In this document: one piece after another, positions 26,340 through 35,371 of the stretch
How positions within the stretch are numbered: position 1 is the stretch's first letter
How the letters are laid out: each line of letters opens with the position of its first letter
Virus record (IMG/VR): IMGVR_UViG_3300031861_000001
Coordinates: 1 to 64,000 of that record
Source of the DNA: a virus
Lineage: Duplodnaviria > Caudoviricetes
DNA length: 64,000 bases
Strand: one strand, 5' to 3'
The notes under the pieces: generated by a model
Told to the model about the DNA's origin: nothing
What the model saw: the letters and a program-made list of their open reading frames with translations, nothing else
The model's database searches: none
Made by a program: the position numbers and the translations under genes

Positions 26340-27992
26340 TTATCTATTAACAACTGTAATATATAATCCATTCCACCACTGACTTAAATCTTCTATATCA
26401 TTAAGAAATTTTTTCTCATATATCAACTTTAATCCTGCTTGTGATATACCTTCATCGGCTCCTTGTACAACACCATCAAAATTTGCATCATCAAAAATAC
26501 AAATACATGTGTCAGCAAATGCCTTACTAAAATATACTACTGCATCTCGTGTAATATCTCTTTCATGATCGCCATCATAAAAGAAAAAATCAATATCATT
26601 TATATTATCTATATTTGCATTAAACATATCACAATCAAATACAGTAACAGAATTATCACCTTTTACTGCTTTAATATTCTTAACAAACTCGTCCTTAGAA
26701 TTTTCAGGCAATTCTAAATCATCTCTATGAGGTTGCATTGAACTTTGCCAATTATCTATACATGTTACTTTTATATTATTATTTAACAATGCCGCCGTTG
26801 CAGTAGCTCCATGAAATGAACCAACCTCTAAATAATGATTTGATTCTTTTGATAATACATTTATAAGGTTAACCACGCGTTGTGATGTTAAACCCGGAAT
26901 ATCTATCTCCACATTATTCTTAACAGAATTCACAAGCTCCCTTGTTATTAACGTTATTTTAGGATCATATTTCATTCCTGCTTTTGCATGATAAACCTTA
27001 TCACAATAATGACAATCCCAACATTCAAATCTGCATGTTTTTATTTTATCGCGCCAAATATTAATAGGCGCATCCTTTAGATTTGTATCTTCAATATATT
27101 CATTAAATGTATCAAATAATATTTCTTTATCTTCCGCATAATTTTTAATTATATGCATGGTTTCATTTAATCTAACTGGCGCTTCTCTACCATGCATTTT
27201 AACAACATCAACGTATTCTAACAGCTCATCCCAATCTTCTCTCCATGGTGGAAAACTTGCAGTCTTTAAAGGAGTAGATGGGTCTTCGTAATCCCATTTA
27301 TCACACGAAACCCTAGATATTGGATCAGCAAAATATTGTGGATTAGGTGTTGCTCTGGAATTGTTAAATTCATAATGTTCATCCATCATAGGACAATTAC
27401 CTAAGCATCCCTCATTTGCAAGTAAAGATAATTTAACTCCAGCATGTTCTTTGGCTCGTTTTATTGCCTTTAATCTATCATGATCTCGCATTAAGTCGCG
27501 ATCTAAATTAACATAATGAAATCCTGCTTCTCCTAAAGCAACAACTTCTCGTGGCTCTGTTACGTTTCTTAATATAGTATTCTTAATTTCTAAATCAGGA
27601 AACTCTTGTTGGATTAATCCTGTTGCTACCCAATGCGTGTGAGGTATCGTTATGCTCTGAATTACTCCAGAACTATAAACCTGCTTGAAATTTTTAATGA
27701 ACAAATCTAAATTTTGTTGTGTAGGTCTCACTAAGGTATTATTAAATGTAGCAGATAAAGGAACACCTGTTGATTTCGATAATCCTATAGCATTATCTAA
27801 TGCTCCAAAATGATCTTTTTCAGTCAGAAAAACATCACCCATTGCATCTTGCATGAATGGTGGCATGCGACATGTAAAATATATGTCGTAAATGTATTCT
27901 TTATGTTCCCTTACAAATTCTAGGAAATCATTAAACTGAAATTCCGTCAGTTTTGGATTCAGGGGTATGCTGAATATTTTTTTGCTCATCAT
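26340..27992 (-). CDS. U32-peptidase-like (Fe-S) domain fused to class I SAM methyltransferase
   Basis: N-terminal part has NLDRDLMRD, LANEGCLGNC, SCDKW and KMHGRE; C-terminal part has YLEVGSFHGAT, FFYDGDH and IFDDAN. Confidence 0.7.
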   Translation of the reverse strand: MMSKKIFSIPLNPKLTEFQFNDFLEFVREHKEYIYDIYFTCRMPPFMQDAMGDVFLTEKDHFGALDNAIGLSKSTGVPLSATFNNTLVRPTQQNLDLFIKNFKQVYSSGVIQSITIPHTHWVATGLIQQEFPDLEIKNTILRNVTEPREVVALGEAGFHYVNLDRDLMRDHDRLKAIKRAKEHAGVKLSLLANEGCLGNCPMMDEHYEFNNSRATPNPQYFADPISRVSCDKWDYEDPSTPLKTASFPPWREDWDELLEYVDVVKMHGREAPVRLNETMHIIKNYAEDKEILFDTFNEYIEDTNLKDAPINIWRDKIKTCRFECWDCHYCDKVYHAKAGMKYDPKITLITRELVNSVKNNVEIDIPGLTSQRVVNLINVLSKESNHYLEVGSFHGATATAALLNNNIKVTCIDNWQSSMQPHRDDLELPENSKDEFVKNIKAVKGDNSVTVFDCDMFNANIDNINDIDFFFYDGDHERDITRDAVVYFSKAFADTCICIFDDANFDGVVQGADEGISQAGLKLIYEKKFLNDIEDLSQWWNGLYITVVNR

Positions 27993-28809
27993 CTTTTATT
28001 TGTTCAAGTAATGCAGGCATTCTTAAATTATCAAGAACCGCGTCTGTACCATCATATTTTGTTGTTAATTGCTTATTGGCCTGATCTATTGTACCATTGA
28101 GTTTCCCAGCGAATTCTAATGCTCCTTTAAGACAATCTAATTGATCTCTTTCATCCATCAATAGGATAGAATCTAAATTACCAGAACCTATTCGGCCGTA
28201 TGAAATAATATCCATTGCAGCTTGTTTAGCCATGCGTGCTAACCAATATTTTCGGTCTTCATTTGGATCATGTTTAATGAACCTTTTAACGTCTCCAGGA
28301 TTAGGACAATAGTGCTTTACAATACCAATAAAATCAGTGATTTCTCTTTTACACTGTATTAATTTACGTTTTACATATATCATATCATACATTAAATCTT
28401 CATAATCTTGTTTGAGCATAGCCTTTTCTAACTTATCCTCAGTTCTTTTCATATCTTCAACAGTCATTTGTGCTTTAATTGCCCAACGTTTCAACTTACG
28501 ATAAGACTCTTTAAAATTACCATATCGTACATCAATTTCCATAAAGCATTGTTGTACTTTTTTATAGGGAGTCAAACCTGTACCAGCAACAAAATTCATA
28601 TTTGAATATGTTGACTGTCCGTTATCGAAATTTAATGCATAATTAACAATATCATGTGTATATTCATCATCAACTATTTCATTTTTAAATTGTTGATCTA
28701 GTTCTACATCTTCTATGCCGACAGACACAACTTTATCTAATTCTTTTTGAAGGCCGTCTATATCTCCAACATCAAAATGTTCAAAATCTTTAATTGCTTC
28801 AACACTCAT
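27931..28809 (-). CDS. coiled-coil hypothetical protein of the tail-fibre region
   Basis: Long amphipathic helices; YWLARMAKQAAMDIISYGRIGSGNLDSI motif. Confidence 0.6.
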   Translation of the reverse strand: MSVEAIKDFEHFDVGDIDGLQKELDKVVSVGIEDVELDQQFKNEIVDDEYTHDIVNYALNFDNGQSTYSNMNFVAGTGLTPYKKVQQCFMEIDVRYGNFKESYRKLKRWAIKAQMTVEDMKRTEDKLEKAMLKQDYEDLMYDMIYVKRKLIQCKREITDFIGIVKHYCPNPGDVKRFIKHDPNEDRKYWLARMAKQAAMDIISYGRIGSGNLDSILLMDERDQLDCLKGALEFAGKLNGTIDQANKQLTTKYDGTDAVLDNLRMPALLEQIKDDEQKNIQHTPESKTDGISV

Positions 28810-30317
28810 TCAGTTCCTTTATAAAATTTGTGTAAATAATCATATTGATTAGGAAAAAACCGTAAAGCGTGTTTTGTCCTATCTACATACATTGTATTGA
28901 CCCATTCACCATAATCTACGACATGCTTGTCTATATTATATGTATGTTGATCATATAAGCCGTATCCATATAGTAATGAAAACCATTGCCCTACATGAAA
29001 CATTCCAAAATAACCTTTGTCACGGATCATTTCAGGTGGGTTTGGTACAAATTTATCTAGTACAATTTTCGTACTATCTGGATATGGTATTTGTTTAGTT
29101 GCTTTCCAATACGGAGTATCTTGTTTTGGAGACAGTGCGTAATGTAGAAATATAAAATTTTTAATCTCATTTAAAGCTATATCATATTCAACATTCAAAT
29201 AGTCTCTATCAAGTTCACCGTTATTATCAATCAAACATTTTGTTAAGTTATGTATTGCAAACGTTGCAAATGAGATTCCTGTAGCTTCTAATGGTTCTAC
29301 AAACCCTGCTGATAATCCTACTGCATATACATTCTTAACTGCTATTCTATCATGAGTTCCCGTTTTCATCTTTATATGATAAGCAGGAGCATCAAACTCA
29401 TCTATTGCTTTCCGTAATTCTTCTTCTGCCTCATCCTTATCAATAAATTTATCTGAATAAACATATCCATTTCCTATACGAGAATAAGTAGGGATACTCC
29501 ACCTCCAACCAGAATCCATAGCATATGCTTTTGTATAAGGATGCATTTCTATATGCTTATTGGTATATTCTGTATGAATAACGACTGCATTATTATTTAG
29601 CAACGTATCTTCTAATGAATTAAAGGGTTCATGTAATGCGCCTTCTAATAATATAGATTTAAATCCAGAACAATCAACAAATAAATCTGCGGTTATTTCT
29701 TGCTGAGATTGTGTTACTAAACTGTCTACACCTTGCTCATTAATTTTAACTTCTACAATAACATCATTAATATGATTTACTTTACCCTTACAATGGTCTT
29801 TTAAAACACCAGCTAATTTTTCAGCATTGAAATGAAATGCGTCGTGTGGTGGATCTAAAAAACCAGGTGTATAATCTAATGCTTGATGCCCTGCTTTAGG
29901 TGCTTTATTGTTTTTTGCTAGTGTATACGAAGGCATACATTCAAAATAGTGTTTAACTGAAGGTTTTGTGCCAAGCCAATAATTATGAAACATTACTCCT
30001 GGTCCTAAAACGCCCATTTCTTGAGTATCATTATCTACAAAGATACGATCATCAGCCCAATCAATAAATTCAACACCGTACTTATGAATGCAATCTGCTT
30101 TAAGCATCCAATCTTCAAATTTCAACCCACAATTAAATAAAAAAGGTGTAGTAAAAGGTTGAGTTCCTTCTCCAATACCTTGTTTGCTTAATGTTGAAAT
30201 ACGAGTAGATTCTATTAAAGTTATTTCTACATGTTCTGGTAAGTTATGAGATAAATGAGCGGCTGCTAACCAACCAGATGAACCACCGCCTACTATTGCT
30301 ATTCTATCAATTGCCAT
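28806..30317 (-). CDS. flavin-dependent halogenase (tryptophan halogenase/PrnA family)
   Basis: IVGGGSSGW, GEGT, FVDCSGF, WRWSIP and GLSAGFVEPLEATGI. Confidence 0.9.
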   Translation of the reverse strand: MAIDRIAIVGGGSSGWLAAAHLSHNLPEHVEITLIESTRISTLSKQGIGEGTQPFTTPFLFNCGLKFEDWMLKADCIHKYGVEFIDWADDRIFVDNDTQEMGVLGPGVMFHNYWLGTKPSVKHYFECMPSYTLAKNNKAPKAGHQALDYTPGFLDPPHDAFHFNAEKLAGVLKDHCKGKVNHINDVIVEVKINEQGVDSLVTQSQQEITADLFVDCSGFKSILLEGALHEPFNSLEDTLLNNNAVVIHTEYTNKHIEMHPYTKAYAMDSGWRWSIPTYSRIGNGYVYSDKFIDKDEAEEELRKAIDEFDAPAYHIKMKTGTHDRIAVKNVYAVGLSAGFVEPLEATGISFATFAIHNLTKCLIDNNGELDRDYLNVEYDIALNEIKNFIFLHYALSPKQDTPYWKATKQIPYPDSTKIVLDKFVPNPPEMIRDKGYFGMFHVGQWFSLLYGYGLYDQHTYNIDKHVVDYGEWVNTMYVDRTKHALRFFPNQYDYLHKFYKGTE

Positions 30318-31037
30318 TTAATAATAATTTAAAAAAACTATTGCTGTTAATCTAGGATGGTCACTTAACATTTCTCCAAAATACTCTGAATGTAGAAGGG
30401 GCTTATCAAAAATGAGTGCTTTATTAAATTCATTTTTTATCTTTTCTCTTATATCAAAAAATTCATTCCATTTATGTATCTCACCTGATGTAACAATATT
30501 TCTCATTACTTCAAAAAATTCATGAGATGATTGATCGAAACTTATAGGATTATTTGCACCTGTAAAATTCCTAAGTTTATATTTCCAAAATACAGTACCA
30601 TTATCTGTATTATCATAAAACGGATTTAAATAAATTAAACATGTTTTTCCCTTTAATTCTGTATCTGTTTCATAACTAAACACATCAGGGTGCGGCCTAC
30701 CATGCGGCAAATTACCATTCCAATCTTTTAAATGTTCTTTTGTAATCATTTGAAGATTAAATGTATACCTTCGTAACTTCTTTATACTTAATATTTTGTA
30801 TAATGTTTTTAACGTCACATCTGCATATTCACTAATAAAAGATTGCATATGGCCTTCAAGCATAAATTCGCCATAATCATTTGGTAAACCTGCTGATATA
30901 GACCTAAGCCCAGGATATTGTTGTCCTGGTAAAACCGCATCAGGTTCTGAATCTTGAAATATAGAAAGGTCTCTGTTTATACAATTGTATAACGTATAAG
31001 GAGCCTCATAAAAATCATGTACTATCTGGATTCCCAT
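30318..31037 (-). CDS. 2OG-Fe(II) oxygenase-like (DUF6445-type)
   Basis: PHPD...LIYLNP...GTVFWK...FNKALIFD...LLHS...RLT. Confidence 0.7.
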   Translation of the reverse strand: MGIQIVHDFYEAPYTLYNCINRDLSIFQDSEPDAVLPGQQYPGLRSISAGLPNDYGEFMLEGHMQSFISEYADVTLKTLYKILSIKKLRRYTFNLQMITKEHLKDWNGNLPHGRPHPDVFSYETDTELKGKTCLIYLNPFYDNTDNGTVFWKYKLRNFTGANNPISFDQSSHEFFEVMRNIVTSGEIHKWNEFFDIREKIKNEFNKALIFDKPLLHSEYFGEMLSDHPRLTAIVFLNYY

Positions 31038-31605
31038 AATTAAACCATGTCACTATTGAATATCGTATACCTCTTGTTATAGGTCGAATGCCGTGTGGAA
31101 ACAAAAAATTGGATGGAAAAACCATTACAGATCCTGTCCTTAATTTAGTTATACTAGCACCTTGCCACATATCAATTTCTCCACCTAGATAATCTTCATT
31201 TAAAGCAATAATACAAGATAAAACCCTATGATCTTTTGTTCCTGCATCTATATGAGGTTTATAATAATCCCCTTTTTTATATCGCAATAAGTCATATCCT
31301 GTATCATCCTGAATAGAATGTAATGTAGGCTGTATTTGTTTCAATTCTTCTAATAATTTTTGTAAACTTTGAAATATATTCTTATCTATTTTATTTCTTT
31401 TATCATCCGCATTGTTCAGAATTTTAGCGCCCATACACTTTCTGTAGTCCGCTCCATGATCTACTGCTTCCACATAATCCACTTCTTTATATTCGTTGAT
31501 TATAGTGTCACAAAAATCTTTCGTAAATATATCATCGAATATATGAAGAAAAGCAGCTAATCGTGTATAGCCATCATAATTCAGTTTTGTTAAATTTATC
31601 ATCAC
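31015..31605 (-). CDS. prolyl-4-hydroxylase-like 2OG-Fe(II) oxygenase
   Basis: LLRYKKGDYYKPHID...RVLSCIIALN...FPHGIRPITRGIRYSIVTW. Confidence 0.9.
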   Translation of the reverse strand: MMINLTKLNYDGYTRLAAFLHIFDDIFTKDFCDTIINEYKEVDYVEAVDHGADYRKCMGAKILNNADDKRNKIDKNIFQSLQKLLEELKQIQPTLHSIQDDTGYDLLRYKKGDYYKPHIDAGTKDHRVLSCIIALNEDYLGGEIDMWQGASITKLRTGSVMVFPSNFLFPHGIRPITRGIRYSIVTWFNYGNPDST

Positions 31606-32095
31606 TGTTTGGGTAATAATGATGTACTAAAGTTTCTCTTGTTTCAGCAAATTCTTTTGAACATCCATTGTTTATACATCCTATAGGAAACGACGTTATT
31701 TTATCGAATCTTTCTTCCGACCAAATCATACAATTTTTATAAACATCGTTGGGATCATCTTTAATTTTTCGCTTACAAAATATACAACCATAATTCTTAT
31801 TATTATTTTTGATAACTTTAGGATGAAAGCGAAAAAATGAATTATCAAGTGGGTGAGGATTAATAACAAAATACGTTGTCATAAACTCTTTATAGGATAA
31901 ATCCTTTTTAAAGACAACATCATCTTCACGTTGTAACTTATTCATTTTATATAATTTGTATATCTCTAGTGTATTTTCATAGGTTGCATAACCAGGTGAT
32001 CTACAACATGGATTCTTAATGCATTTTTCACAGGGCTGCGTACAAAATGTATTGGGATCTGATTTTAATAATTCTTTAAGTTTATGAGGTATCAC
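31574..32095 (-). CDS. Cys-cluster protein (YkgJ/CxxCxxCC-like)
   Basis: CTQPCEKCIKNPCC, GCIFC, CMIW and FPIGC. Confidence 0.5.
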   Translation of the reverse strand: MIPHKLKELLKSDPNTFCTQPCEKCIKNPCCRSPGYATYENTLEIYKLYKMNKLQREDDVVFKKDLSYKEFMTTYFVINPHPLDNSFFRFHPKVIKNNNKNYGCIFCKRKIKDDPNDVYKNCMIWSEERFDKITSFPIGCINNGCSKEFAETRETLVHHYYPNSDDKFNKTEL

Positions 32096-33072
32096 TAAAA
32101 ATTTAGTTTATTTCCTAAGAAAGGATTAATCACGTCAGGAGCCCACTCAGCACCTTCTTCGCCTTCTGCTGAAGGTACACCAACCCCTTTAAACCAACCC
32201 ATACGTAATCCGGATTTATTTTGATTAAATGTTCCATCTGCTTCATAACCATCATGGGCTCTACCTAATTCTATTGCCTGTTCAGTAGGCATCATAATAC
32301 CAAAATAATCTTCATACAAAACATTCAACTCTTTAACAGTAGTACACGCTTCAAATTTCTTTAATATTTTTTGAGATGTAACTAACATAGTAGAAAGTCT
32401 ATCTTGATACTCTTCTGCTTTTTCTAATATTTTATTCGCTAAAGTAGTCTTATCAAAACTTCTTTCTGTTGCAATATAATCTAAAAATGGAGTGACATGA
32501 GATGGATCTGAATCACCATATGTCAACCATTCTCTTGCTTCGTGTTTTTGTATTTCCCAAGTAGCTGCTTCTAATTCAGAAACCTTTCTAATATATTTTA
32601 ACCGATTACTATACTCGTTTTCTATAATTTCTTTAGCGAATTTATACATAAAAGAAACTGTATTAGAAATTTCTTCAGCTGTCATTGATCTTTTAACTTT
32701 GTTACCAGACGGAGGGGGTGAATCGGAAGATCTTAATGGAAAAGTTGATTCATCATCCATTGCCCATGTATAATGAACTTCAGGTGAGCTTTCAAAAATG
32801 CTTATTTCATCTCTAATTTCACTAAAAAATTGTATTCCTTGAATTGCTTCAGTTGCTGATACTTCTTCAAAAGACCTACCTAAACTAGGTCGTATAGTTT
32901 CTAATAAAGCTGACGATATTTTTACACATACTAATCCCATTAACGTATATTCTGCTCTACAAAACATATTCCAATCACCTGAAAGGCCGTCTTCATAAAA
33001 AGGTCTTATAGCGTCTTCATCAATGATAATATATTTAAAAGCAAAATCTGCTTCAGCAGTACGAATAGTCAT
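32095..33072 (-). CDS. tail-fibre assembly-like protein
   Basis: ELEAATWEIQKHEAREW...TPFLDYIATER...TLANKILEKA resembles a phage fibre-assembly helical domain. Confidence 0.5.
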   Translation of the reverse strand: MTIRTAEADFAFKYIIIDEDAIRPFYEDGLSGDWNMFCRAEYTLMGLVCVKISSALLETIRPSLGRSFEEVSATEAIQGIQFFSEIRDEISIFESSPEVHYTWAMDDESTFPLRSSDSPPPSGNKVKRSMTAEEISNTVSFMYKFAKEIIENEYSNRLKYIRKVSELEAATWEIQKHEAREWLTYGDSDPSHVTPFLDYIATERSFDKTTLANKILEKAEEYQDRLSTMLVTSQKILKKFEACTTVKELNVLYEDYFGIMMPTEQAIELGRAHDGYEADGTFNQNKSGLRMGWFKGVGVPSAEGEEGAEWAPDVINPFLGNKLNF

Positions 33073-34226
33073 TAACTAACTCCAACATTAGTTATAGTTG
33101 CAGCGCCCGCAGCACAACAACCCGAAGATTGACCGTAATGTCCTTTTGGCATACATGTCGCTCCCATTGTTGTCTGAGCATCATTACTATGGACATACTT
33201 TACAGTATGATTGTTTTGTTGTCCATCATAATGTCCCATTTGATAGCCCCAATCTTGACCCATTTCAGGATTCTCTTCTCCACATGATCTTACTTTAGCA
33301 AATGTAGAAATAGTTGATCCATTAGAATCTGAAAATTTATGTTGGTGCGTTGTAACATTATTACCACTACCCAAATAATGATGTCCATATTTTGTACTTA
33401 AACATTTACAATGTCCGTCTCCAAAACTTCCACCCCATCCGGATGAATGCCATGAATGACTTGAAAATGTTACTGCATGTTTTACGTTAGATGAAAACAT
33501 CGCCCAACCGCTATTTTCTCCATGGGCTCCTGTTGCGGGTTTTCCACTTGATGGACATGATGTTACTGTATACATTATTTCTGTTGGATAATGCATATTA
33601 TTAACCTCTGTGGTGCCGCCGCCAGCATATACACCACGTTGTGATATAATTCCTGCCATGCCAGCAGAATCTCCTATGGATGAATTAAAGTTCCAGCCAC
33701 CTACGTCACCAGCATATCCGCCAGTCCCATAATCAAGTCCTTGATTTTTTGGGTCATTACCAACATATCCATAACTAACACCTGAAGATGCAAAACCGCC
33801 AGTAGTTGTTATTTTTCTTGTTTGTCCATTTGCAAGGCTATAACTAGATAAATTAGTACCAGATGTAGTGTGTCCATTATTTTGTAAGTATCCGTTATGG
33901 TCGCTAAAGTTACCGTCTAAATATGATCCTTCTCGATCTAACTGTTCCCCACAATATAATGTTGTATCTGTTTGGTGCCATGTTTTATTTGTACATCTCC
34001 ATGCATTACTTCCTTTATACCCTGCGGCCAAATAACCGTGAGTATATAAAGACCTATATCTCCATCCTGAAGCTACAGTCGCAGCTGGTCCACCTGGATA
34101 AGACCAATACGCATCACCTGATCCCGATGGAGATCCACTAGATCCTGTACCTGAATGTAAAGGAGAACCAAATGTATTCGCATCTTGATTTGGAACTACT
34201 GTATACGATCCAATTTTAAAAGCCAT
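33072..34226 (-). CDS. Gly/Ser/His-rich virion or fibre-associated protein, paralogue 2
   Basis: Closely similar along its length to 34226-35371. Confidence 0.6.
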   Translation of the reverse strand: MAFKIGSYTVVPNQDANTFGSPLHSGTGSSGSPSGSGDAYWSYPGGPAATVASGWRYRSLYTHGYLAAGYKGSNAWRCTNKTWHQTDTTLYCGEQLDREGSYLDGNFSDHNGYLQNNGHTTSGTNLSSYSLANGQTRKITTTGGFASSGVSYGYVGNDPKNQGLDYGTGGYAGDVGGWNFNSSIGDSAGMAGIISQRGVYAGGGTTEVNNMHYPTEIMYTVTSCPSSGKPATGAHGENSGWAMFSSNVKHAVTFSSHSWHSSGWGGSFGDGHCKCLSTKYGHHYLGSGNNVTTHQHKFSDSNGSTISTFAKVRSCGEENPEMGQDWGYQMGHYDGQQNNHTVKYVHSNDAQTTMGATCMPKGHYGQSSGCCAAGAATITNVGVS

Positions 34227-35371
34227 TAGCTAACTCCCACGTTTGTTATACTCGCCGCCCCAGGAGCTCCACACCCCGATGATGTACCGAAATGTCCTTT
34301 TGGCATACAGGCTGCTCCCATAGTCGTTCGCGAATCATTGCTGTATATATATTTAACTGTGTGATTATTCTGTTGGCCATCATAATGGCCCATTTGATAT
34401 CCATGATCCTGACCCATTTCTGGATTTTCTTCTCCACATGACCTTACTTTTCCTGGGTTAGAAATTTTACTACCGTTAGAATCTGAAAATTTTTGTTCGC
34501 TACTTGTCACATTATTTCCGGTACCTACATAATGATGACCATATTTTGTACTTAATGCTTTTGGTTGGCAATCACCACAACCATCTCCCCATCCACTTGA
34601 ATGCCAAGAATCATTAGATAATGTTAATCCATAACGAACATTATTTGCATATTCACACCAACCATTATTCTCACCGTGAGCACCCGTTGCTGGTTTTCCA
34701 CTAGATGGGCAAGCAGTTGTAGTATACATTATTTCTGTTGGGTAATGTAATTTGCAAGTTTCTGTAGTTCCTCCACCTGACCAATAACCATCTTGATTTT
34801 TTATAGCGGCAACTCCTGATGAATCACCACATGATGTTTGAAAATTCCATCCACCTACATCGCCACTATATCCTGCACCGCCGTAATCAAGTCCTTGATT
34901 TTTTGGGTCATTACCAACATATCCATATGATACTCCTGTAGAAGAAAATCCTCCTGTGGTCGTTATTTTTCGTGTTTGACCGTTTGAGAGACTATAACTT
35001 GATAAATTAGTTCCTGTGGTTGCGTGACCGTTATTTTGTAAATAGCCATTATGATCACTAAAATTGCCATCCAAATATGAGCCTTCTCTATCCAGTTGCT
35101 CTCCGCAATATAACGTTGTATCAGTTTGGTGCCACGTTTTATTTGTAGTTCTCCATGCATTACTGCCCTTATATCCAGCAGCCATATATCCGTGTGTGTA
35201 TATTGATCTATAACGCCAACCAGATGCTGCAGCAGTATAGGGTCCACCTGGATATGCCCAATAACCGTCTCTGGTAGCACCATCTCCTGCATGTAATTCA
35301 GACCCATATGTATTTGCCGACATATTCGGAATAACTAAATTATTTGCGTGGGAACCAATTTTATAAGCCAT
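34226..35371 (-). CDS. Gly/Ser/His-rich virion or fibre-associated protein, paralogue 1
   Basis: WRYRSIYTHGYMAAGYKGSNAWR...GHYDGQQNNHT...CMPKGH. Confidence 0.6.
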   Translation of the reverse strand: MAYKIGSHANNLVIPNMSANTYGSELHAGDGATRDGYWAYPGGPYTAAASGWRYRSIYTHGYMAAGYKGSNAWRTTNKTWHQTDTTLYCGEQLDREGSYLDGNFSDHNGYLQNNGHATTGTNLSSYSLSNGQTRKITTTGGFSSTGVSYGYVGNDPKNQGLDYGGAGYSGDVGGWNFQTSCGDSSGVAAIKNQDGYWSGGGTTETCKLHYPTEIMYTTTACPSSGKPATGAHGENNGWCEYANNVRYGLTLSNDSWHSSGWGDGCGDCQPKALSTKYGHHYVGTGNNVTSSEQKFSDSNGSKISNPGKVRSCGEENPEMGQDHGYQMGHYDGQQNNHTVKYIYSNDSRTTMGAACMPKGHFGTSSGCGAPGAASITNVGVS

